DNA of 59,716 nt, the filler included, from Sphacelaria rigidula (Eukaryota), in NCBI GenBank assembly GCA_964200075.2. It is 6 parts of 6 records of this genome, joined end to end, with 100 filler letters (N's around TTAATTAATTAA, not from the genome) between each part and the next. Parts side by side here need not be neighbours in the genome. Positions count along the whole stretch, not along the records: positions 29,910 to 39,778 come from CAXNAA020007592.1; positions 39,879 to 49,747 come from CAXNAA020007593.1; 4 more parts are not named here. One strand, 5' to 3'. Below are positions 38,232 through 49,847 of the stretch, in pieces (position 1 is the first letter of the stretch; every line of letters starts with the position of its first letter). The notes under the pieces are model-generated. The model did no database searches and had not been told where the DNA came from. It saw only the letters and a program-made list of their open reading frames with translations. The translations under genes and the position numbers were made by a program.

Positions 38232-39670
38232 CTCCAGATTGCAGCATGGACGGACTCCTATGCGCCACGCTAGCAACAGTTAGGTCACCACCATAGGTAT
38301 CTTTTCTCACTCTGCATGTCGAGAAGGTCTCTACAAGTGTCAGATATCTCATACATCCCCCTCAACTGGCGTGTGACACGCTCTTCTAGTCGGGCACCCA
38401 GAGGGTCAGATGTGGGTAAAATCAACGATGAATAGCACCCCCCCCCAAGTTCAAATTAAATCTATTTGTGATGGCCGCACCACCCCCCTTGCTGGCATGT
38501 GTGTGACAGAGAACAGTAGTAGCGGTTACGAGAACATTGCCCTGTTTTTCAACGGCATGCTTTTCCGCGCACAGAGGCGCGTCCTGTCCAAAAGAAGAGG
38601 CAGAGAAAAATCGATATTCGCATTCGTGAGCTCGACAGGCAAGAAGAGAGGAAATCTCTCCGCAGCTCGATGTTTCAGCACATGGACAATTGGGGACATG
38701 CTGGTAACATCGGTGATGTCAGTCTCTCGAAAGTTTGGTAATCGCCGACCCAGGACACACAAAGGACACGGGCGAGGAGCTTCCTCTCTGTCGTTGCTTT
38801 TTTTCTCTGGTGATATCGTCATCGACATGCGTGTACACCTCATTCGTTAGGTGCACCTAGCCACAGCTGTTTAACTGCTGCTGACATTTGGGGGAGAAGA
38901 TGGCTTCGCTCGATCGTAAGTATTTTGCGTGATCCCTGCAAAAACGAAATGCCACTTGAACCTCATTTTTGAGATGGACCCCATTTTCCGGGATCCACTG
39001 TTGTATTTTTTGTGCCGAATTTCGGAACAGCTATGGAAACAGTACAGTTCGCTTTTCTAACCTACATCCACATCATTGAAATTACTGTTGTTACCTGAGG
39101 AACTGTGGTTTCCCCATCCCCCCGCCAGGTATGAAAAAACGGCGGCAGAGTTTTCGCGAGTGCATGTAACACCCACGGGGGCACACAGAGTTTCTGCTGT
39201 TGTATAAAAATCCTGGTTTTCCTGCCTGCAAACCGTTTTATGCCCGTTGCTTTCTAAAATGAACGTTGGATTGTCGATTTCTGCTGGGGTCTGCACTGAT
39301 TGGCGGATGCCAATGCCAGCAACGGTTGGTAGTGCTGTTCGACAGAATGTTTGGCCAGACCCAAAGCGGCCACTTTCCCTCAGGTAACAAGAGGCATTTC
39401 AATAATCTGGACGTAGTTTCGAAAACCGGACTGTTTTGTCTCTAAAGCTTCTCCGAAATTCGGCACATAATATACGTGTTGTTTACGTGTGTGACCTCTC
39501 GACAGACGCTCTACTACAGACGGGAGTCAGTAGAGTAGTGCAACGAAAACTCCAGATTGCAGCATTGACGCACCCCTCTGCACCACGCTAGCAACAGCTA
39601 GGTCACCACCATAGGTGTCTTTTTTCACTCCGCATGTCATATGAGGATCTCCACAAGTGTTTGATCTCTC
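38232..39670 (+). repeat. ~120-bp direct repeat pair (38232-38350 and 39550-39670)
   Basis: Both copies contain CTCCAGATTGCAGCAT...CCACGCTAGCAACAGYTAGGTCACCACCATAGGTRTCTTTT...ACAAGTGT. Confidence 0.8.
39003..39475. mobile_element. ~470-bp MITE-like element with terminal inverted repeats
   Basis: Perfect 16-bp inverted repeat TGTGCCGAATTTCGGA (39011-39026 and 39452-39467), which extends imperfectly to about 30 bp. No ORF of note. Confidence 0.65.
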
Positions 39671-39778
39671 TAACCCCCCCCCCCCCCCCCCCCCCCCCTC
39701 CCCGGCGCTTTTTTTTGTGCGTTGTGTTTGGCTGCCCTTTTTTTTTTCTTTTAAATAACTATAAATTAAAAATACCAA

Positions 39779-39878
39779 NNNNNNNNNNNNNNNNNNNNNN
39801 NNNNNNNNNNNNNNNNNNNNNNTTAATTAATTAANNNNNNNNNNNNNNNNNNNNNNNNNNNNNNNNNNNNNNNNNNNN
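39779..39878. other. Artificial contig linker
   Basis: Same spacer. Confidence 0.98.
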
Positions 39879-41384
39879 GGATCTGCGAAGAATGCGGGGG
39901 AGCTAACCCAGCGCGGGGGACGGGGAGGCAGGCGGGAGGGGGGGGGGGCTGATCATTGTTTTGTGTTGGGGCTTTTTGGTAGTTTATTTTCTTTTTGTAA
40001 AGGGGAACACAACATGGATCGAAAATTAATTGAATAATGAGGCAACTTGAGGAAAATCATACCAGCGGTCAATAAAAATATGTGAAGGAAAGAGGAATGA
40101 ACAGACCAGGGGTCGTTCGCAGAAGAAGGGGGGGGGAGGGGAGCGTACTCCATTGTTGCTTGCCTTAGTCGATAGACCATTGACCAACAGAAGCGGACTG
40201 CAGGTGAAAACCTGACCAGTGGTTGCGACCAGATGGTGTAAAATCGAAGAACTCGAGCGTGGGGAGTAAAAAGGAGGGAGTTTAATGCGGGAAGTTTCTA
40301 GGGCAAATGGCGCAGCCGACATACAGTCCGCGTCGAAAACATCGCAAACAATGGACAGACCATCGAACCCCTGATCCATGACCGCAAATGAGGTCGATAA
40401 TTACATGGGAGAGAAATGAAGAAACCAGCGCCGGCAGGATCCAGCAAGACGGCGTGTGACGTCATCGACCCCTTGTGGTAGGTTATTATGCCCTTGTGCC
40501 TTGAGCTTCCCCTTGATGGCAAAACTGTTCTCTACCACTACGAAGGCGGCTCGATCAGGGACGTCCATGGATATTGATGCGGCCGACATATATAGTGTAT
40601 ATATAGAATATCTCGAACTCACGAGCGTGAAGCATACTTTGTAACGAGGCATCCACTAGACTTATCGCTGATTTTTAGTGTGCAAGTTCCTCCGCACCCG
40701 CCCCGGGAGATGACTGTTCGGGCCAATGCCAATACTTTTAGGTTTCACAGACATGTTGATGAGTTAAATTATGTCGAATATACCGTTTCGCCAAAAACGC
40801 GGGGTACTAGTAAATCTCGATTTGCCGGGCCCCCACCACCTCTGTGAAAAAAAAAAAAGGAATCCGCGCAAAAAAGTGGTTCTAGATCACCTGGTTTTGA
40901 ACCCGGTTATGCCTGGGCCCAGGTCAAAATTAATCAAGAAGCAAAAACAAACATCTGGGGTACGAAAATATATGGGGGGAAAGTTGCTACAGGGCCAATT
41001 TCGTGGGTTCGAGACCCGCCGCGAGCATTTTTTCCCCCCCTTTTTTCCTTGTTTTTTTGGCGACTCGCTACTGTTTCGCGCCTTGCTGCGGGCGTTCCGA
41101 AGATGCTTTTTTTTCTTTTTAATTCGATCCCAGTCATAAGTTATGGAGGGACAACCAAAATCGGGTCCTGGAAAATCACCACTTCATCAACGGGATTTTT
41201 CAGACTTTCCAAATAAAAGAAATGCTGAAAACAAAACGAGTATGTATTTTCCGAGTACTATGCTGTCAGTCTTGAATTGTTCTATTCCTTGACCTCGTTG
41301 AGAAATCTGCTGTCGCATTTTTCGGGGACGAAGTTTTTTTCCTCCAAAAAGTCGAAAAAAATTAAAACAAGTCAGCGCCATTAA

Positions 41385-42285
41385 CCCTCAGACAGCGAGC
41401 ATCGCTTCGGAACAATTTCACAGGCTGACAGGTCAGAGACATCCGAGGGCTTCCAGGGGATAGGGGTGGTGGGTTTTGACAGGGGGGTGGGAGTCTATTC
41501 GCAGAACAGCCCAAAAGCTCACCGAGTCAACCATGTGTTTCGAATTTTCAACGGAAAAGTATAGGCCAGGAACGAGGCCTGAGAGGGGCGCCGTGACCAT
41601 TCTGACCAATGATAATCGCCAAAATGGCCACTTTGTTCCCCCACCAGGGCGCAGCCAGTGCAGTACAGAGGGTGCAATGCAGAACCCTGCAACAGTAGGA
41701 CTACAGGTGGACTACCTCGCTGTCAAGGCGTATTTCTCATTTTGGTCATGAACGTTCAACCGTAGATACCACGGGCATGAACAACGTGCTTTGTACTCTG
41801 CTCATGGTCTACGTCGTCTGCCTGACCCCTGATATGTTTCCAGCATAGCTTCACACTGTGAATGATGTTTTTGTGGAACACGAAGTAGAGACGTCAACAG
41901 CATGCAGTAATCTGTGTTCAGTGCGCTGACTGTTTCTTGCCGTTATATGCAGCAAAGACACGCACAACAAACGTACTGACTCTACTCGCAGTTGACTACA
42001 TAGTCAAAACCGGCCAGGGCTTCTCCGGGACTTTCTTCTACATAGTTGCCCAACAACCACATGTTCATAAAAAAAGGCGTTTCATGTAGCGAGAAAAGAG
42101 CCGTTCTGAACCCCAAGTGTAGCCCAGTCCATCTGAGTCCACCTGCGGGCGGGTCGCTGTAAAAGGCTTACCCCTTGGACGGTATCATTTCCACTTGGAA
42201 AACGTTTGAATGATCCGCATGGACTACCCTCCTCGTCTTGGGGTGGCGCCGATCCAACAGATGACCTACTCTCGCTATCTCAGGG
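41385..42285 (+). mobile_element. piggyBac-like non-autonomous element (~900 bp; pairing of the right end is uncertain)
   Basis: TTAA|CCCTCAGACAGCGAG ... CTCGCTATCTCAGGG|TTAC, a 13/15 inverted-repeat match. Interior is homologous to 10980-11490. Confidence 0.5.
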
Positions 42286-42770
42286 TTACTAACGACCCCG
42301 CCCTGCTGGGTTGGTTTTGTGTGTGGAGGAGGGGAGGAAAGAGCTTGTAGGAATTCATTGTGGCCGGCCTCGAACTCCCTACCCACCCAACATCAGTACA
42401 TTGTTTCACCCCTCCACGCACGTACTCAGCACTAGGGTTACCCGTTTGACAGCGAGAGTAGTTCATCCTGTGTTTTGTGTCGCCATCCCATCTATTCTGG
42501 ACGCCAGTCTACACCTTTCGGTTTATGTGGGCGCATCAGCCGGGATCACACGGGAGGAAGTTTAACACAGGATTTTCTGTTTTGTTTTATCCTGGGTCAT
42601 GTTTTTAATATGTCAAGTGAATTGATGCCTACTCAACGGATGACCTACATACATATATCGTAGTGCGGTCAACGGAGGTATCTCACACTCGAGATTCCCG
42701 GAATATTTTACCGTAATTCATCAGTGTGTTTACACATTGTGCTGGTTCGTGTGTCGTGTGAATGATCTAG

Positions 42771-42915
42771 CCCTTTGACCGCCACCACATATAGGCCATC
42801 TGTTGATTCGTCAATGCAGATGCAGATGGCCTACCTGGGCAGTCAAAGGGTTAACCCTTGGACCGCGAGGGTAGGCCATCTAATGAGTTGACATCATTTA
42901 CACCTGAAAAATGAG
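42771..42915. mobile_element. Two adjacent piggyBac-like MITEs sharing one TTAA (42851-42854)
   Basis: CCCTTTGACCGCC...GGCAGTCAAAGGG|TTAA|CCCTTGGACCGCGAGGGTAGGCCATC. Confidence 0.7.
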
Positions 42916-42964
42916 ATGAACGGCACCGCTTCAACAGATCGCGTACGCTCGCCGTCAAAGTGAA

Positions 42965-43062
42965 CCGTTTGACCGCGAGGGCAGTTTATCTGGATCATGC
43001 ATACTTCTTTCAGGTGCAATTGATGCCGATTCAACAAATGACCTACTCTCGCCGTTAAAGGG
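42965..43062. mobile_element. 98-bp piggyBac-like MITE
   Basis: TGAA|CCGTTTGACCGCGAGGGCAG...CTACTCTCGCCGTTAAAGGG|TGAA. Confidence 0.7.
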
Positions 43063-43433
43063 TGAACGTAACGACGTTGAAGAAGAGGCAATGACTACCA
43101 ACACCAATTCATCGAATGGCAGTGGCTTTGCGGCTTACATATCATGGGACCGCAGAGGAAAGCAAACACAAGAGTTTATTACTTTGTTTTACCCTGGGTA
43201 ATGTTTTCAAGTTTTCAAATGAAATTGATGCCGACTCGACGGATGACCTACTGGGTTGTTTCTTGGGTGGAGGAGGCGGGAAAAGACCTTATAGGAATCC
43301 AGTGTGGCCGACCTTGATCTCCCGACCCACCCTATCTCAGTTCACTGTGTTACCCCTGCACTCACGTACCCAACAATTTCGGTTATCCAGCAGCCTCATT
43401 CTTGCATTCCTAACGGCTTTTCGCCAACATTAG

Positions 43434-43532
43434 CCCTTTAGCGGCGAGAGTATAGGTCATCCGTCGTATCGGCATCAATTTCACATGGAAAAATGATATA
43501 TGATGCAGATGGGATACCCCGCGGCAAATGGG
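43434..43532. mobile_element. piggyBac-like MITE, reverse orientation; equivalent copy at 46965-47062
   Basis: TTAG|CCCTTTAGCGGCGAGAG...CCCGCGGCAAATGGG|TTAT. Confidence 0.7.
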
Positions 43533-46500
43533 TTATACCACAAACCGGTATCACTTCATCTCACAGGATAAACCATGACGTGTTACCGACCCTGTGAAAC
43601 ACCAACAATAACAGAAGACACCACGGCTCAGCGGATAGGGGCTGCAATGGTGTAATGAAGAACTCACTATAAATGTGCTCGACGCCGCATTCTCTACCAG
43701 ACCACAAGCTTCCGGTAAACACCTTAAGCGCCGGAGGTATTGATTTGTGAAATCGGCATCATTTTTTATTTGAGAAAGGGCTGAATATGATGCCGATTCC
43801 ACAAGAGGATACCTCTGACGGGTCGGAGGGTTCGCTGAGTCGGCATCATTCTCGAACATTTTCCAAGCAAAAATGACGGCTACAATGTGTAAATTTCCGA
43901 AGCACTCTGTGCCTGCGGAGTCATACAGCACCCTCGCTACCCGAGTGTTCACGATCTGCTTTTCTCGGGTTACGGTTGGGGTAGTGTTGGAAGTGCAGTT
44001 GGATCAGTCAGTGAGACTTTTTACGATAGCCACCCCACATAAAGTGGCTGGTTTGAGGGGTAAAAATCTACACATGGAGTCGAAATGAAAATCCGGGTAG
44101 AACGAGCAGCTGGGAATTCGAACGCTTGGATTCATTTTGCCTGACACCCATCGCGTCATGCACAGCCTGAAGCCAAGCGTAAGGCGCTGCATGACCATGT
44201 TCTTCGTGACAGTTTTGGGCTGGTTTCAGGTGGGGGCTATCGTAGAAAGTGTCCAGTCTATCAAAGATCGGAAATAATGGAGAGAGGGGGCTGAAGCCGA
44301 AATTGAGCCCTGTGACCGCCTCATGCTGACTCGACATCATTTTCATGCATCTTTCAAGTAAAAATGATGCCTACAAAGTGCGTGAATTTCCGAACGAATA
44401 AAAATCCGAGAGGGGAGACGGCTAGGGAAATCACTGGTCCCAGAGTAAATTCCGCGGAGAGAGGGCAAATTCCGCGAAGGGAAACGATGGCGAATACGAA
44501 ACGGAAAATTCCCAGAAGGGAACCGGGGAAGTGCGGTTCATCACAGAGACACAAAAGAATGAAATATTTGCAACATTCCGTGAGATTGGCACGTGAAGAG
44601 TAAGTCATTGGTGCGGAGGGAATAGGGCGCGTTAAATTCCCATGAGGGAAACACAAATAGCTCAACACGTCACCGGTGTTGAAGTGACAGGTTCTGCGGG
44701 TTAAATTTCCAGGAGGGAAACGTTAAACTGTTCGGCACGTCACTGATGTCGGAGTGACAGGTTCAGTGCGTTAAGTTTCCAGGAGGAGAGAGATATGAAG
44801 AGTACCAGGGGAACAGGTTGCGTTCATTCCGAGTAGGGGAACGTGGAATTCTGGTGAGCAGCTCACTGGCACAAAGGAGAGACAAACGGCTAGGGACATC
44901 ACTGGTCTCAGCGTCAATTCCGCGGAGAAAAAGCATATTCCCAGGAGGGAAACGGGAAAGTGCGGTTCACCACAGAGAAACGGAAGAACGAAGTACTGCC
45001 ACCTGATGCCTCGGGGTGCGGGGAAATGCTTAGCTGTCGTGCGTCACAAAATGACAACTGTGCGCAGGAAAGTCTTTTAAAAAGAATCTCCATATGTAAG
45101 AAGAATAAAACAAGGTTTTTGGCGCTTCGCGCCACTGCTCAAATCGAGCGATCCCAAGGCAAAGAGTAATGTGGAGTGTTCGGCGTTGAACATATGATTG
45201 CAGATGATTTAGAAAACGAGAGGGAAAATGGGTCTTTAGAAAAAGGATGGACCGTAGTGTGTAGGCTGGCGCTCACACGCGTGACTTTGTCGTTCGGGTT
45301 GTTTATAGGCCATGATAAAAAAAAAAATGCACCGAATGTACTAATCGTTATTTCCTCGTCAACTAGAAGATCCCATCGAATATGAAGAACCCAATTACGC
45401 AGAACTGGACATTATCCGTCAAAAAGTCGTCAACGCAAAGACCTCACAGAAGGGGCTTAATCTGCACTGCTCCTGTATAACACCAAAAATCAACCGTTGG
45501 GTGCACAGCAGCCCATGGCTCAGGAGGTAGGGGCTGAACCTAGAGCTGGAGAACTCATTAATCAGTTCGTTCACCGCTACATATCCATTTACACACGTAT
45601 ATAACAACGTCTTCCCCGGGGTGTCTGTAGTCCCCATACGAAAAACATAATGCACCACTACTTGGGGTCGATCATAGGCTTCCTATCGGTACCGGTCAGA
45701 TGTTCAGTTCCATCGGTGTTCGGCCACAAATCGTTGAAATGCGGGATAATACACCGTTCTCGTTGAGACTGCTCGGGTGGGAGATACGTTGGTTTTTTCC
45801 CCGGGAAAGCGGATGCGGGGAGGGGGAGGTCATGAAGCTGTAGTATAGGGTGGGGACGTTTGAACGATGTCTCGCGCGTGTTCAGGGGCATCGCCACTCG
45901 TGTGTAAATGGATATGTAACCGGCCACAACAGTACATACCACCTTCATCGTGTTTGGGGAGGGCTCACAGCGGTTTGATCCCCGTATGGAAAGGAACAGG
46001 GGGTTGAAGATAAATGCTCCACTGCTTACACGTTCTCTTGATGCGTTCGTGTGTCTGGATACATCGACGTTCGTGGGTAACAGGCAAAAACAGTAGATAC
46101 CACCCGCGTGATCATTTTTGGGAGGGGTAGGAAAGTACATTTATATTCGCATTTGTTTTGCACTCTTCAAGTAAACCAGAGATACTTGGCTCTCAGTTAG
46201 TGTTATAACCTCTTGACCACGAGAGTAGGTCATCTGGGACGCGTTAATTTTTCAGGCGGACCTGATGCCGGCTCAACAGAAGACACATCCTGCGGGTCAT
46301 GGGATTGATGTTTCGAAGTCTAAAATCTCAACAACGCGACCTGGATTACCGCATATGTACCCCCACGGTAGTTACTGGGTTGTTTGGTGTGTGGAGGAGG
46401 GGGGGGAAACCATGGAGGAATTCTGTGTGGCTTGCCTCGAACCCCCGACCTATCCTACATCAGTATATTGTTTTACCTGCCCATGCACATACCGAGCACT

Positions 46501-46621
46501 TTCGGTTGTATAGCAGCCTAACGCTCTATTCCTTAACCTGGTTAAAAAATCTGCTGCCCTCTTCTTCAGGAAGTTTTTTTCCCGAAAACGTCTGAAAAGT
46601 CTTTAAAAAAAGGGCCGTCAA

Positions 46622-46760
46622 CCCTCAGACGGCGAGAGAGGTAATCTCTTGAACCGGCATCAATTTCAATTGGAAAAAGTATGCAAGTTTCCAGATGGAC
46701 TACCCTCGCGGTCTAAAGGTGATGTCGATTCAACAGATGGCCTACTCTCGCTGTCTAAGG
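46622..46760. mobile_element. piggyBac-like MITE plus an extra right end
   Basis: CCCTCAGACGGCGAGAG...CTCGCGGTCTAAAGG, then ...CTCGCTGTCTAAGG|TTAA. The same arrangement occurs at 42171-42285. Confidence 0.65.
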
Positions 46761-48546
46761 TTAATGACGACCCTTCCCTGCTGGGTTATTCCGTTTGTGG
46801 ACGACGGAGAAAAAACACCATGTAGGTGTCCAGTGTGGCCAGCCTCGAACGCCTGACCCACCCTACAGCAGTATATTGTTCTAACTCTCCACCCACGTAC
46901 CCAGCACTTTCGGTTATCCAGCAGCCTATCCCTTGCATTCCTAACCGCTTTGCGCCAATATTTGCCCTTTGACGGCGAGGGTAGGGCATCTGTTACTTCG
47001 GCGTCAAGTTCACTTGAAACAAATATGCATGATGCAGATGGAGTACCTTCGCGGCCAACGGGTTAACGCAAACCGGTATCACTTCACCTCACAACAGACG
47101 ATATGATCTGTACCGATCCTGTGCAACACCAAAAATCACAGGAGACACCACGGCTCAGGGTAAAGAGGTTGCGATGATGCACTGAAAAACTCACTATGAA
47201 TGTGCTCGATGCCGCACTCTCCACCAGCCCACAAGCTTCCGGTAAACCCCTTTAGCGTCGGAGGTGTTGACTTGTAAAATCGGCATCATTTTTACTTGAA
47301 AACCGGAAAATGATGCCGATTCCACAAATGGATTTCGGCGGGTCGGAGGATTTGTATCTACGCCGTAGGACAAAGCACTCCGTGCCTACGGAGCCATAGG
47401 ACACCCTCGCTGCCCGAGCGTTCACCGTCTGTCTTTGTCGGGTTACGGTCGTGGTTAGTGTTGGAAGTGCAATTGGGTCAGTCTACGAGAGACCCACATG
47501 GTGTGGAGAGGGGATGACGAAAGTGAGCCTTTGGCCACCGGAAGTGTACATTTGTTGAACGGCTTCATTTCATTTGTGAAATGGGCATCATTTTCACTTG
47601 AAAAATGCTTGAGAATGAGGCCGATTCTAAAAATGGACACCTCCGGCGGTCCAAGGGTTTGGATCGGGGCCGTAGGACAAAGCGCCCTGTGACTACGACA
47701 GCCATTGAACACGCTCGCTGCCCGAGTATTCACGATTTGCCTTCGTCGGGTTACGATTGGGGTCAGGGTGAGAGTGTCGTTGGATCAGACTGTGAAATGT
47801 TCGGACATTAAGGAGAGAGGGACTGACGACGAAATCGAGCCCTTTGACCGCCTTTTGTCGAATAGGCATCATTTTCAGGCCTCTTTCAAGTGAATATGAA
47901 CAGTCGTAGTCACTGGCACGAAGGAGAGGCAAACGGTTAGGGAAAGTCACTGGTCGACAGGTTCCCTGAGATTCACGCGAAGTAGTCACTGGCATGATTT
48001 AGAGGCAAACGGCTGAGAAAGTCACTGGTTCCAGATTGACAGGTTCCCTGAGATTCACCGGTGAAGCGTGATAACGTAGTTACTGGTGCCGAAGCGACAG
48101 ATCGTGTGAAATTCCAGCGAATCAAATTCCGCGACGAAAGAGAAAATTCCTACAAGTGAAACGCAAAAATATTCCGCAGTGCGGTTTATCGCAGAGAAAT
48201 GGAATAATCAAATACTGGCCACATGGTGCGTCGGGGTGCGTGGAAATGCTGCGCTGTCCGGCGTAACAAATCGGCACCTGTGCACAGGAGAGCCGTTTGA
48301 AAAACACTTGATGGAGTGAAACAAGATTTTTGGCGCTTCGCGTCACCGCTCAATGGAGCGTTTCCAAAGGCAAAGGGTAATAAGGAGTGTTGTCACCGCC
48401 ATCAGCCGTGGTCCACGTACAGGAGTGTTTAGACGCGAAGGTATGATTCAGAGATAACTCTTTGACATGCAAATATGATTCAGAGATAAATCGTTCTCCT
48501 TTTTTTTTCTTGTCTCTTTGGACTTTCAAACATCGTCGACGACGAT

Positions 48547-48893
48547 AAAACCCTACCGAAAAAAAATTGAAACGAGGCAGAGGACACTGATGCTGCAGAA
48601 CGAAAGAGATAGCCGTGAAGCTCCACTCCATTCTCCGTCCGAGGAATCTACGCGAAACGAACTCATATAACCTTCAAAAAACGGCAAAACCCGAACGAAA
48701 ATCAAGAATCGAAACGAGGCAGAAGACACTGATTCTACAAAACCAAACAGTACCCGTCAATTTCCACCCATCCTCCGTCTGAGATATCTGCGCAAATCAA
48801 CTCATTTCAACCTTCAAACATGGACAAAACTCGACCGAAAATAAGAATCGAAGCGACGCGAAAGATACTGGCCCTGTAGAACCAAAAACTACC
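48547..48893. repeat. ~141-bp tandem repeat, about 2.4 copies
   Basis: GAAACGAGGCAGARGACACTGAT and AACTCAT...AACCTTCAAA recur at about 141-bp spacing. Confidence 0.8.
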
Positions 48894-49085
48894 TATGCGA
48901 GACTGTAACAGCCTCAATACTATTATATTATACCGTTTCTCATCGATGAGACGGTGTAACAACCTGTGAAAAGTGGTGAAGCAAAAAGAACTAGCGAAGC
49001 AATGGGCGAAACTAAGGTGATCCTGTTGCTCAACCCAGCCCCTCACACGCGGCCATTTGGCTACCCCCGCAAATCCCTGCTCGCC

Positions 49086-49300
49086 ACTCTTTGGCAACAC
49101 GGCCTTTACAACCAGTCACATCCCTTCAGGAAGCGGTAGATCGAGCACGCCGTCATGAGGCAGCGTCACTCGCTGGTGTCACGGTCTACCTGCTGCCGCA
49201 GCTTTTTCTGCCGTGGTGGGGAACCGTAAACTCCGGCGTGCTCGATCTACCGCTTCCTGAAGGGATGTGACTGGTTTTCAAGGTCGTGTTGCCAAAGAGT
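49086..49300. repeat. Inverted repeat: 67-bp arms (3 mismatches) with an 81-nt loop, derived from a gag-like fragment
   Basis: 49086-49152 is the reverse complement of 49234-49300. The arms translate as TLWQH.../PVTSLQEAVDRARR. Confidence 0.92.
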
Positions 49301-49600
49301 GACGAGGAACGCTAGCCAGGGTGCTCTTCCGGAAGTGTGACGCGATCTTGCGACTGAAGACTCGAAGCGCGTGATGAGTATTCTGAACCATAGTGCGTGA
49401 GTACTGACATGCCAACTTCAGACGGATTTTGTTTGAATGTGGCCAGACTAAGAGCACAGTCTACAACCGAATTTGCCGGCATGAGCCAATCTAACACCGC
49501 GCGACTAAGCTCTGCCCACGTTGCAGAAGGGGGGAAAGCCGGGACGGAGCATGCCGGATTTTCGCCGGACCATACTCGCACTCACTCACCAAGCGCGAAG
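49234..49600 (-). pseudogene. Retrotransposon gag-like fragment
   Basis: TWAELSRAVLDWLMPANSVVDCALSLATFKQNPSE...FRILITRFES...PVTSLQEAVDRARR resembles retrotransposon capsid patterns. Frameshifted. Confidence 0.55.
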
Positions 49601-49747
49601 CGCCATGATGTGTTCGACGAGTCGGATAAGATTAAGATTATTCGGCCCGAACCCCATTGATTATCTTGCATTTGGATGACAGCCTACAATGGGTTGCTTC
49701 ATTTTCTGGTATCGCCACTTCCAGAATCAGCCACGGATTATACACTG

Positions 49748-49847
49748 NNNNNNNNNNNNNNNNNNNNNNNNNNNNNNNNNNNNNNNNNNNNTTAATTAAT
49801 TAANNNNNNNNNNNNNNNNNNNNNNNNNNNNNNNNNNNNNNNNNNNN
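49748..49847. other. Artificial contig linker
   Basis: Same spacer. Confidence 0.98.

Larger units (their letters stand above)
43251..48390 (+). repeat. Diverged segmental duplication: 43251-45180 versus 46781-48390
   Basis: Colinear blocks include CTGGGTT...GGTTATCCAGCAGCCT, AACCGGTATCACTTCA...CACAAGCTTCCGGTAAAC and TTTTGGCGCTTCGCG...GGCAAAG. The first ~150-bp unit also occurs at 42306 and 46375. Confidence 0.85.

Noticed and set aside
33257..38850. Numerous 60-226-aa ORFs in the fourth contig
   Set aside because: No recognisable domains and no consistent exon chain. They are compatible with chance ORFs in ~50% GC repeat-derived DNA.
40026..40652. Two consecutive in-frame ORFs as a transposase remnant
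   Set aside because: No DDE or other diagnostic motif recognised.
40985..41025. T-arm-like GTGGGTTCGAGACCCGC
   Set aside because: No D-arm or acceptor stem could be built.
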